NCBI GenBank assembly: GCA_945860915.1
Contig: CAMARR010000005.1
Coordinates: 85,018-149,017, forward strand
Length of the DNA: 64,000 bases
Direction: 5' to 3'
From: Candidatus Kuenenia stuttgartensis
Lineage (GTDB): Bacteria > Planctomycetota > GCA-002687715 > CAIWVZ01
The position numbers and the translations under genes are program-made. The notes beneath the pieces were generated by a model. It was not told where the DNA came from. It made no database searches and saw nothing but the letters and a program-made list of their open reading frames with translations. This document shows, piece by piece, positions 25,066 through 33,289 of the stretch (positions are counted from its first letter, which is position 1; each line of letters opens with the position of its first letter).

Positions 25066-27134
25066 CCTCTCGCCTTCGGCGGCGTAACGAACGATATGTC
25101 GTCAGCCGGGAGTTCCATTGCCATGACACCAATCAACACGGTGACGCGCCCCTCGGTTCGGTGGACTTTTTTCACTCGCGCGAGCTGGCCTAGACGGGGC
25201 ACCCACACTTCGTCGTCCTTTTTGAGCGTCGCGAGAAACGCTCGACGGCGCTCGGCGAGCGAAGGCAACGCCGCTCGATCCCGGACTAAGCGAGTCAATG
25301 CTTCTACGTCGGAAACCAGAGCCTTCGGGACATTCTTAAGCGCATTGAGATGGGGCGCGGCGGCGCGTTCGAGTTCGTCGAGCACGCGACGCGTTTCCGA
25401 TTCGGCTTCGCTTTCTAGGCGACCGCGCTCCTTGCCCGCTTCCTCGAGGCGCACACGAGCCTCGACATCGGCTTGCCTGGACGCCTCGAGGATGTCCTCC
25501 GAGTGCCGGCGATCTCGTTCAGCAGCTTCACGTGACATCCGAAGAGCATCGATAAGGTCGTGCGTCGGATCTCGCCCCTCCGCCAAGAGGGCGTCGGCTG
25601 CCGCAACGACGTCGCCCGGCATCCCGTGACGTGATGCGATGAGCAGAGCCATCGAGCGGCCCGGAGTGCCAGTTATCAATCGGTAGGTCGGAGCAAGCGT
25701 GGCCTCGTCAAACTCCATGCTGGCGTTCTCGACTTCGGGACGAGAGAACGCATACGTCTTCAGACTGCCGAGGTGCGTCGTCACGGCTGCGAGGGTACCG
25801 CTCGCACGGAGTCGCTCGAGAATAGCCTGTCCCAAGGCTGCGCCTTCGGTTGGATCCGTGCCCGCGCCAAGCTCATCGAGCAACACCAAGGTGTGAGGTC
25901 CCGCTCGCCCCAATATCGCGGCGATTTGCCGCACGTGCCCCGAAAACGTCGACAGGTTCTGTTGGAGACTCTGCTCATCGCCGATATCGGCGAGAATCTC
26001 ATTCATGATCGGCATCTCCGTGCCGACGGCAACGGGCACGTGCAATCCCGCCTGGAACATCATCTGAATGAGTCCGAGCGTCTTAAGCACCACCGTTTTC
26101 CCGCCCGTGTTCGGGCCCGTCACCACCAAGAGGCGCCTTCTCGGGCCAAGTTCAATCGTGAGCGGCTCGACAACGGGGCCCGACCGCTCGATCGATTGCA
26201 GAACGAGGAGCGGGTGGCGTGCTTTGCGAAGAAGAAGATGCCCATCGTCGGCGACCCGCGGAGCCATCGCGTCCATTTCACGACTAAGGGAGGCTCGCGC
26301 TTCCGTGAAAGCCAGCCACGCAATGATCGACGAAGCATCAGCAATCATCTGGCTTGCGGTGAGAATTGACCGCGTCAACTCCCAAAGGACGCGGGTTTCT
26401 TCTCGTGTCGCATCGAGGCGCGCCTCACTCACCTCATTCGAAATTGCAACAACTTCGCGGGGCTCGACGAAGGCCGTTGACCCACTTGCGCTTTTGTCAT
26501 GCAAGATGCCTGGAACGTGCCCCTTCATTTCCAAGCGGACCGGAAGCACATAGCGACCATTACGCACCGACCAAGATCGCTCCTGCAGCCAAGGGCGGAA
26601 TCGCGGTGAATCAAGTAGTCCGTCCATCACGGCGCGCGCGCGGTGTTCGTGGCGGATGATGTCCTGACGCAGCCGCTGCAACTCATCTGACGCGCGATCG
26701 GCAACGACACCAGGTGATTCAATGCAACGCTCAAGCATCGCGACAACGGTGTTTGGGACCTCGATCCGCTCAGAGATCTCGGCCAACGTCGGGGCGCGAC
26801 TCGACCTTTCACGCATCCAGACGCGCACTTGGGCGGCAGTCCGAAGAAAAGTCGCAATATCGTACGCCTCGTAAGCCTCGAAGGGGCGACTGCGTTCGCG
26901 AACACGGGCGATCAGCGCTACGACATCTCGAACGCCTCGAAGGGGCATCGCCTCGCCGCCGTCGATGAAGCCGCGCGCTTCATCAACCTGTCGGAGCGAA
27001 GCCTCGACGCCCTTTCGGTCGGTTGACGGAGCCATCCGCTCGATGACGGCGCGTGCAATTTCCGACGGCGCGTGACGCGTGAGGGCGGCACGGACGCGAT
27101 CGAATTCGAGGACCGCTGCGGCGTGAGCATCCAT
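25062..27134 (-). CDS. mutS2: MutS2-family ATPase (no recognisable Smr domain)
   Basis: 690 aa. Walker A VVTGPNTGGKTVVLKT and MutS domain V blocks (LLDELGAGTDP). The C-terminus ends in a KOW-like segment (...DDEVWVPRLGQLARVKKV...), with no HGxG-type Smr motif after it. Confidence 0.85.
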   Translation of the reverse strand: MDAHAAAVLEFDRVRAALTRHAPSEIARAVIERMAPSTDRKGVEASLRQVDEARGFIDGGEAMPLRGVRDVVALIARVRERSRPFEAYEAYDIATFLRTAAQVRVWMRERSSRAPTLAEISERIEVPNTVVAMLERCIESPGVVADRASDELQRLRQDIIRHEHRARAVMDGLLDSPRFRPWLQERSWSVRNGRYVLPVRLEMKGHVPGILHDKSASGSTAFVEPREVVAISNEVSEARLDATREETRVLWELTRSILTASQMIADASSIIAWLAFTEARASLSREMDAMAPRVADDGHLLLRKARHPLLVLQSIERSGPVVEPLTIELGPRRRLLVVTGPNTGGKTVVLKTLGLIQMMFQAGLHVPVAVGTEMPIMNEILADIGDEQSLQQNLSTFSGHVRQIAAILGRAGPHTLVLLDELGAGTDPTEGAALGQAILERLRASGTLAAVTTHLGSLKTYAFSRPEVENASMEFDEATLAPTYRLITGTPGRSMALLIASRHGMPGDVVAAADALLAEGRDPTHDLIDALRMSREAAERDRRHSEDILEASRQADVEARVRLEEAGKERGRLESEAESETRRVLDELERAAAPHLNALKNVPKALVSDVEALTRLVRDRAALPSLAERRRAFLATLKKDDEVWVPRLGQLARVKKVHRTEGRVTVLIGVMAMELPADDISFVTPPKARG

Positions 27135-27220
27135 CAGGGGGCGACGGCCCCCTCATGGCGGGAGCGGTCGGGGGCGAACCTAGCACGCCCCCGATGCCGC
27201 CACCTTTCTCGGTCACTCAC

Positions 27221-27568
27221 TCACTGATCATCGTCGTGACTGATGCTCAGCGGTTCGTCGATAGGAACGCTGCCGTTTTCCTCAAGGCCGTCGACAGCCG
27301 CTTTCATGCTGCGTCCGACCTTGAACTTCACCACCTGCTTCGAAGGAACTTCGACCTTTTGAAGGGTTCGAGGGTTCTGGGCCTTGCGGGCTGCCCGCTG
27401 CTTGATTTCGAAGACACCAAACTCTCGGAATTCGAGGCGATTGCCTCGACCGAGTTCTCGCACGATTTCATCAAGGAACATCTGAATCACATCCTTGGTG
27501 ACCAGCTTGGTTTGCTTGGTCATGTCTGAGATGCGATTGACCAGCTCCTTTTTGGTGATGGTCGTCAC
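27221..27568 (-). CDS. HU/IHF-family DNA-binding protein with acidic tail
   Basis: GTG at 27568 (GGAG upstream) gives VTTITKKELVNRISDMT...FREFGVFEIKQRAARKAQNPRTLQKVEVPSKQVVKFKVG..., a classical HU/IHF fold sequence. The ORF-track 5' extension is likely spurious. Confidence 0.88.
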   Translation of the reverse strand: MTTITKKELVNRISDMTKQTKLVTKDVIQMFLDEIVRELGRGNRLEFREFGVFEIKQRAARKAQNPRTLQKVEVPSKQVVKFKVGRSMKAAVDGLEENGSVPIDEPLSISHDDDQ

Positions 27569-27821
27569 TTGGGAGACTCCATGCAGCCCCGTCGGGCGAA
27601 AGGCCCAAAGGCGGGAACTGCTCACTTGCCAACGATCGGGAGCCGTTTCCCTGCGCCACACACAACGCTTGGAACTGACGGCGACGAAGACTACCCCGCG
27701 TTAAGGCACGGTGCGGACTCGAATTGTGACCAAATTTGCCGCCTTCGCGGCCCATCGCAGAATGGCCGCAATCCCTTGAGATGGCGACGGTTGGCGCGAA
27801 AACGGTGTCCATCAAGGCGAA

Positions 27822-28298
27822 GTGGATGACCCCCAAGCACCCAACTCCCTCAGACGAAAGGGGCAACACCGATTCCAGTCGCTCCTCGGCGCCACGGCCT
27901 TCGCGACAATCCTCCTCTTGCTGGCGTACGTGGCCTCAAAACGGGGGGTCGCTCCAGAAGTCGAACGAACCTATGTCCATCCATCGTTCGCGCCTTGGTA
28001 CACCATGGCGCCCCTCGAAGGTCTCGGACCGGTCGCTGCGCGCCGGATTGTGGCCGGTCGTCCTCCTGAGTTGGCGGACGCATCTGCTTCGTTCGGACTC
28101 GTGCGCGGGATTGGCTCGAAGGCTCTCGATCGATGGACACCATGGCTCACACTCCCTCAATCTCACTCCGCGACGACTTCCTCACTGACTCTGGATTCAG
28201 CACCCTCATCCGACTTGCCCTCACCGAAGACGGAGTGTGGCACGACCTCACGGCCCAGGGACTCGTTCCGCAGTCTGCGACTGGACGCGCCGAAGTGA
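27822..28298 (+). CDS. Possible ComEA-like helix-hairpin-helix membrane protein
   Basis: One N-terminal TM (LLGATAFATILLLLAYVA), then LEGLGPVAARRIVAGRP...LVRGIGSKALDRW, HhH-like repeats. Its last ~166 nt overlap nadC in another frame, so the end and even its reality are uncertain. Confidence 0.4.
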   Translation: MDDPQAPNSLRRKGQHRFQSLLGATAFATILLLLAYVASKRGVAPEVERTYVHPSFAPWYTMAPLEGLGPVAARRIVAGRPPELADASASFGLVRGIGSKALDRWTPWLTLPQSHSATTSSLTLDSAPSSDLPSPKTECGTTSRPRDSFRSLRLDAPK

Positions 28299-29053
28299 GG
28301 ATCAAAGCCGAAGGAGTCATCGCCGGACTGCCCCTGCTTGCGCCGAGAAGCCCACTCATGTCGGCCTTCCCTCGCGTGACTACAACGTGCGCGACCGTCG
28401 ACGGCGCGAAGGTAGCGAAGGGCGACATCGCGGCTCGTCTCGTTGGCCCGGCGCGTGATCTTCTGGCCCTCGAACGAACGCTTCTCAATTTCCTGCAGCG
28501 CATGTCAGGCATCGCCACTGAAACCGCTCGTTACGTGACCGCGGTTTCTGGAACACGCGCGAGGATTCAAGAGACGCGCAAGACAGCCCCGGGACATCGA
28601 CTCAGTGACAAATACGCCGTGGCCGTCGGAGGCGGGCTCAACCACAGAATGGGGCTTCATGACGCCGTGTTGGTAAAAGAAAACCATCTCGCTTTCGCTG
28701 GGGTCCTGCGAAGCCCAGAAGCCGTAAGAAACGCCATTTCCATATTGCGCGGTCGAATCCCTCGCGGCCGGATCATCGAGGTCGAAGTCGAAACCATGGA
28801 TCAGTTCGAGGCCGCGCTCGAATCGGGCGCAGACATCGTCATGCTAGACGACATGGACCCCCGCGACCACATCGAAGCCGTGCGCCTTCGGGACGCACGA
28901 AAAAGCTCGACTCTCGTCGAAGTCTCAGGTGGAGTGACCCTCGATCAGGTCGCCGCGATCGCAGCACGGGGCGTCGATCGAATCTCGGTTGGAGCGCTAA
29001 CCCACTCAGTTAAGGCTCTCGACATCTCACTCGACATGTTCCCCACGCCATGA
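28133..29053 (+). CDS. nadC: Nicotinate-nucleotide pyrophosphorylase (carboxylating)
   Basis: 306 aa. ...IRLALTEDGVWHDLT..., ...ERTLLNFLQRMSGIAT... and ...KTAPGHR..DKYAV..GGG.NHR... are QPRTase blocks. Confidence 0.92.
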   Translation: MDTMAHTPSISLRDDFLTDSGFSTLIRLALTEDGVWHDLTAQGLVPQSATGRAEVRIKAEGVIAGLPLLAPRSPLMSAFPRVTTTCATVDGAKVAKGDIAARLVGPARDLLALERTLLNFLQRMSGIATETARYVTAVSGTRARIQETRKTAPGHRLSDKYAVAVGGGLNHRMGLHDAVLVKENHLAFAGVLRSPEAVRNAISILRGRIPRGRIIEVEVETMDQFEAALESGADIVMLDDMDPRDHIEAVRLRDARKSSTLVEVSGGVTLDQVAAIAARGVDRISVGALTHSVKALDISLDMFPTP

Positions 29054-29859
29054 CCCAACATTTCGTTACCACGCCGCTGCGCTTCTCGGTCCTGCAATCA
29101 ACGCTTGCCGGCTTGCGTTTCGGTCGTCATATCCACCGCTTCGGCATCGTCGACTCCACACAACGCTATGCCGTGCGGCTCGCCAACGAAATCGATGTCG
29201 ACGGAACTCTCGTGATTGCCGATGCTCAGTCACAGGGCCGCGGGCAACGCGACAATCAGTGGTCTTCGCCTTCGGAAACAGGAGTGTATCTTTCCGTCAT
29301 CGTTGACCATCGGACAAGCCCAGCGCTACTCGCAGCAGCTACAGGTCTCGCCCTTGTCGACGCCGCATTAACGGTGGGCGTGCCCGCAGGAATCAAGTGG
29401 CCGAACGACTTGGTCGTAGCAAACGGCAAGGCAGGCGGAGTCCTTGCCGAAGCACTCACAGCAACCCGAGCTATCATTGGGATCGGCGTCAATCTCATTC
29501 CGCCTGCGAAAGATCAACTCGACGGAAGACTTCCCGTCATGGAGCCGGTAGGACTGTGGTTGCCGGGGGCGACTTGGGGGCGAGAAGACCTTGTAGTCGC
29601 CATCCTCCGATCCTTGGAACGACGGCTCGCCATGGCCGAAGCCGACTCGGCCGCGCTTTGCGAGGAGTTCGCTCAAGCTGACGCACTGAAGGGCCGCATG
29701 GTGATTCTCGAAACCAATGGAGGTCGTCGATCCGGAACGCTCGTTCGATCTCACCCGCTCGAGGGCGTAACCCTCAAGGACGAAGCAGGACGTTGCGAGA
29801 CATACCGCGCCGAATGGACACGCATCGTTGCAGTTGCCGAACCGGCATGTGAGTCGTAG
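29050..29859 (+). CDS. birA: Biotin--[acetyl-CoA-carboxylase] ligase (no HTH domain)
   Basis: 269 aa. GRGQRDNQWSSPSETGVYLS matches the GRGRxGRxWxSPxG biotin-ligase motif. Also KWPNDL. 4-nt overlap with nadC. Confidence 0.9.
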   Translation: MTQHFVTTPLRFSVLQSTLAGLRFGRHIHRFGIVDSTQRYAVRLANEIDVDGTLVIADAQSQGRGQRDNQWSSPSETGVYLSVIVDHRTSPALLAAATGLALVDAALTVGVPAGIKWPNDLVVANGKAGGVLAEALTATRAIIGIGVNLIPPAKDQLDGRLPVMEPVGLWLPGATWGREDLVVAILRSLERRLAMAEADSAALCEEFAQADALKGRMVILETNGGRRSGTLVRSHPLEGVTLKDEAGRCETYRAEWTRIVAVAEPACES

Positions 29860-29877
29860 CGTCGGTTTGGCTGATTC

Positions 29878-31911
29878 ATGGCGACACTCCATCACGCAAC
29901 TGCGGATCCGAAGGCCGGGACCCGGACCCTTCACGACAAGCTGGGCCTCACAACCCGGCTTTTGGCCTACACGCTGCGTCGGCGCGGCATGGTCGCGCTC
30001 GCCCTAGCCACAATGCTCGTCGCGGGAGCAACCGAGACGGGGCCGATTTTCTTGGCGAAGGCCTTCGTTGAGCAGATACTTTTCACCTCGAAGTCTCTTG
30101 AAACGGGATCCCTCCCGACCGGAGGCCGAGCCGTGCTCGTCACGGTGGAAGAAGGCCCTCGACTTTTCGAGGAAGTGCATTCAAAGGGCGTATTTGTCGA
30201 AGCCTCGCCTCTGCGAGCTCAAGCTGCCAAGGAATCGGGCCTCAACTCGGACGACGTGACACGCGGCCTCGGCGAGGCCATTTCTCGCACGCTTGGCTTT
30301 CGCGCGGATGGTCGGCTCGCAAGCCTTTTGGCAATCGCCATTCTCATACTCGTTGTTTCACTCGTGGCTGCCGCTGCGTCTTACGCCAATAGTTACATCG
30401 CGGTCTTACTCGCATCTATCACCGTCAATGATCTTCGACTCGATATGTTCGAAGGGCTCATGCGCGCGCCGCTCGCGCGTTTCACTAAGGAGAAGTCGGG
30501 TGACCTCGTGTCACGATTCGCGACCGACGCGGAGCAGACGCGACTCGCGGTGAGCGTAGTCATCTCTGAACTATTCTTGCAGCCGATCCTAGTTGTGGCC
30601 GGCGTTGCAGCTGGATTTTGGATCAGCCCTCGCCTCGCTTTGGGCGCCTTCATCGTCGTACCTCTTCTCGCCATCCCTCTCGCCATTCTCGGCAAGAAGA
30701 TGAAGAAGCGCACGCGATCGGGCCTTATCGCACGCGCGGACGCAAGCGAAGTCTTTGGTCAGACCATCGACGGCATCGTTACGGTCAAGACTCAGGGAAT
30801 CGAAAGCCATCGCATGGATGCGCTGCGGGTGGCGTCCGACCAAATCCAACGCGCAGAAGTTCGTATTGCGCGAACGCGATCCGAAGGCAAGGCGCTCGCC
30901 GACATTTCATACGGAATCTCGCTCGCGGTGGTTCTCGGGTTCGGAGGCTGGCTTGTAATGGGTGGGCAATGGGCCACGACTCCAGGTGAGTTCATCGGGG
31001 TCCTCGTTGCGGTCGCGACGGTCTTTCGGCCCATGAAGCGCATCGGTGACGCGTGGCAGAGCTGGAGCCAAGCATTGGCCGGGGCCGAACGCCTCTTCGA
31101 GATCGTCGATTCGCCAAGTGACCCTGCTCTAAAGGGCGATCAGACTCCTGTCGCTCCGCTCCGCGATAAGTTGGTGTTCCACAATGTCGGATTTTCATAC
31201 CCCACTGCGCAGAACGAGCAGGTCCTAAAGGGCCTCGACCTCGAGATTCCGGCGGGTAAGACAGTTGCCATCGTTGGGGCCTCGGGCGCCGGCAAGAGCA
31301 CGATTATCCAACTGCTCATGCGGCTTTACGATCCGACGCACGGTGAAGTCACCTACGACGGCAAAGTTCTCACATCGATCGCTCGCCCCGCGCTCCTCAC
31401 GCAGGTCGCCGTGGTCTCACAGCAACCATTTCTTTTCAACGACACGGTCGAATCGAACATCAGAGTTGGTCGCCCGGACGCGACGGATGCAGACATCAAG
31501 CACGCAGCGAAGCTCGCGCGTGTCGACGAGTTCATCTCGAGGCTCCCGCAAGGGTATGCCACCGTCGTCGGCAATCGCGGTGCTTCGATTTCAGGTGGGC
31601 AAGCGCAGCGCATCACGATCGCACGAGCCATCCTTCGCAATGCGTCGGTCCTGTTACTCGATGAGGCCACGTCCAACCTCGATCCAGAATCTGAATCACT
31701 CGTGCAAGAAGCGCTTGCCAACGCACAGGCAGGACGCACTACGATTGTGGTTGCACATCGACTCACCACCATCGAGCGTGCCGACAAGATTGCGGTCGTG
31801 GATTCGGGTCGTGTCGTCGAAGAAGGCACGCATGCGGAGCTCCTTTCCCGCAATGGCGCTTACGCTCGGATGCACCGGCGCGGAGACGATTCGGGGCTAG
31901 GCTTGGCCTGA
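29878..31911 (+). CDS. ABC exporter, fused permease/ATPase (MsbA-like)
   Basis: 677 aa. Six-TM exporter region, then Walker A GASGAGKST, signature ISGGQAQR and Walker B LLLDEATS. There is a ~90-aa insert between TM1 and TM2. Confidence 0.88.
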   Translation: MATLHHATADPKAGTRTLHDKLGLTTRLLAYTLRRRGMVALALATMLVAGATETGPIFLAKAFVEQILFTSKSLETGSLPTGGRAVLVTVEEGPRLFEEVHSKGVFVEASPLRAQAAKESGLNSDDVTRGLGEAISRTLGFRADGRLASLLAIAILILVVSLVAAAASYANSYIAVLLASITVNDLRLDMFEGLMRAPLARFTKEKSGDLVSRFATDAEQTRLAVSVVISELFLQPILVVAGVAAGFWISPRLALGAFIVVPLLAIPLAILGKKMKKRTRSGLIARADASEVFGQTIDGIVTVKTQGIESHRMDALRVASDQIQRAEVRIARTRSEGKALADISYGISLAVVLGFGGWLVMGGQWATTPGEFIGVLVAVATVFRPMKRIGDAWQSWSQALAGAERLFEIVDSPSDPALKGDQTPVAPLRDKLVFHNVGFSYPTAQNEQVLKGLDLEIPAGKTVAIVGASGAGKSTIIQLLMRLYDPTHGEVTYDGKVLTSIARPALLTQVAVVSQQPFLFNDTVESNIRVGRPDATDADIKHAAKLARVDEFISRLPQGYATVVGNRGASISGGQAQRITIARAILRNASVLLLDEATSNLDPESESLVQEALANAQAGRTTIVVAHRLTTIERADKIAVVDSGRVVEEGTHAELLSRNGAYARMHRRGDDSGLGLA

Positions 31912-31952
31912 ATTCTCCGTGTGGCTAGCGTCGAGGCTGCGGAGGAACGACT

Positions 31953-32681
31953 GTGCAAAGAACTGACCGAAGCCACGATGCGTTGCGCCCCCTGACGTTC
32001 GACACGTCCTTTCTCAAGAGCGCTGCGGGTGCATGCCTCGTGAGTTTTGGCAACACGCGCGTGCTCTGCGCAGTCACCGTCGAGGAGTCCGTCCCGAATT
32101 GGATGTCGGGCAAAGGTCGTGGTTGGGTGACTGCGGAATACAACATGCTCCCGGCGTCCACCGGACGGCGAAAAGCTCGCGATGGCCGCAAAGGCGGGGG
32201 CATCGACGGACGCACGGCCGAGATCCAACGGCTCGTAGGGCGTGCCCTGCGCCCGGTTGTCGACTTGGCCGCGCTCGGCGAGCGCACGTTGTGGATCGAC
32301 TGCGATGTTATTGAGGCCGACGGCGGGACGCGATGCGCCAGTGTCTGTGGCGCCTACGTCGCGCTCGCGATTGCGATACGCCGTTTGCTCAAGGCCGGAA
32401 CGATCAAGAAGAACCCGCTGGTCAACAGCGTCGCAGCGGTTTCGGTCAGCGTGCACGATGGACAAGCGCTTCTAGATCCCAACTACCTCGAAGATGTAGG
32501 AGGCGATGCCGACATGAACGTCGTGATGGACGGAACCGACCGCCTCATAGAGCTTCAGGCCACTGCAGAAGGCACGCCTGTTGAGGAATCGACCGTCATC
32601 GAAGCCCTTGCGTTGGCAAGGCGCGGACTAGCGCAAATCCGCGTCTTCCAGGAAGCAGCGATCAGCGGAGCCCTCACGTGA
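31953..32681 (+). CDS. rph: Ribonuclease PH
   Basis: GTG start with GGAGGA 6 nt upstream. ...RPLTFDTSFLKSAAGACLVSFGNTRVLCAV...GWVTAEYNMLP..T are RNase PH blocks. Confidence 0.94.
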   Translation: MQRTDRSHDALRPLTFDTSFLKSAAGACLVSFGNTRVLCAVTVEESVPNWMSGKGRGWVTAEYNMLPASTGRRKARDGRKGGGIDGRTAEIQRLVGRALRPVVDLAALGERTLWIDCDVIEADGGTRCASVCGAYVALAIAIRRLLKAGTIKKNPLVNSVAAVSVSVHDGQALLDPNYLEDVGGDADMNVVMDGTDRLIELQATAEGTPVEESTVIEALALARRGLAQIRVFQEAAISGALT

Positions 32682-33286
32682 CACGTGTTCTTTTGGTCGG
32701 CTCGGGCAACCGAAAGAAGCTCGAGGAACTGCAACGGCGCCTGACCGACGTCGATTTGCGGCTCATTACGCCATCCGACCTCGACCCGTCACCGCCTCCG
32801 CCCGACGAGACCACCGGAACCTTCGTCGGAAATGCGACCGAGAAGGCCCTCTACTACGCAATGGCAAGCGGTTATCTGACCCTTGCTGACGATTCGGGCC
32901 TCGAGGTAGATGCCTTAGAGGGACGCCCAGGGGTTGACAGTGCCTACTTCGCTGGCCACCCTTCGGACGATCAGGCCAACAATCGAAAGCTCCTCGACGA
33001 GCTCCGGAACATCCCCCTCGAAAAACGAACGGCCCGCTATCGCTGCGTCCTTGTCCTAGCGAGCCACGAGGGGGTAATTTGGACCGGAAACGGCACTTGT
33101 GAAGGCCGGATCGGACTTGAGGCGAGAGGTTCGGCCGGATTCGGCTACGATCCTCTGTTTCTAGTAGGGGACGGAACCCGGACGTTCGGTGAACTGCCGC
33201 CTACTGAAAAAGACCTGATCTCACACCGAGGCAAGGCCCTAGCGTCCCTCCGCGAGGCGCTTCCGACCCTGCTTCGAGAACACTGA
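32678..33286 (+). CDS. rdgB: dITP/XTP pyrophosphatase (RdgB/HAM1 family)
   Basis: 202 aa. ...GSGNRKKLEEL..., ...DDSGLEVDALEGRPGVDSA... and ...GFGYDPLF... are HAM1 motifs. Conserved rph-rdgB pairing. Confidence 0.92.
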   Translation: MTRVLLVGSGNRKKLEELQRRLTDVDLRLITPSDLDPSPPPPDETTGTFVGNATEKALYYAMASGYLTLADDSGLEVDALEGRPGVDSAYFAGHPSDDQANNRKLLDELRNIPLEKRTARYRCVLVLASHEGVIWTGNGTCEGRIGLEARGSAGFGYDPLFLVGDGTRTFGELPPTEKDLISHRGKALASLREALPTLLREH

Positions 33287-33289
33287 CTC

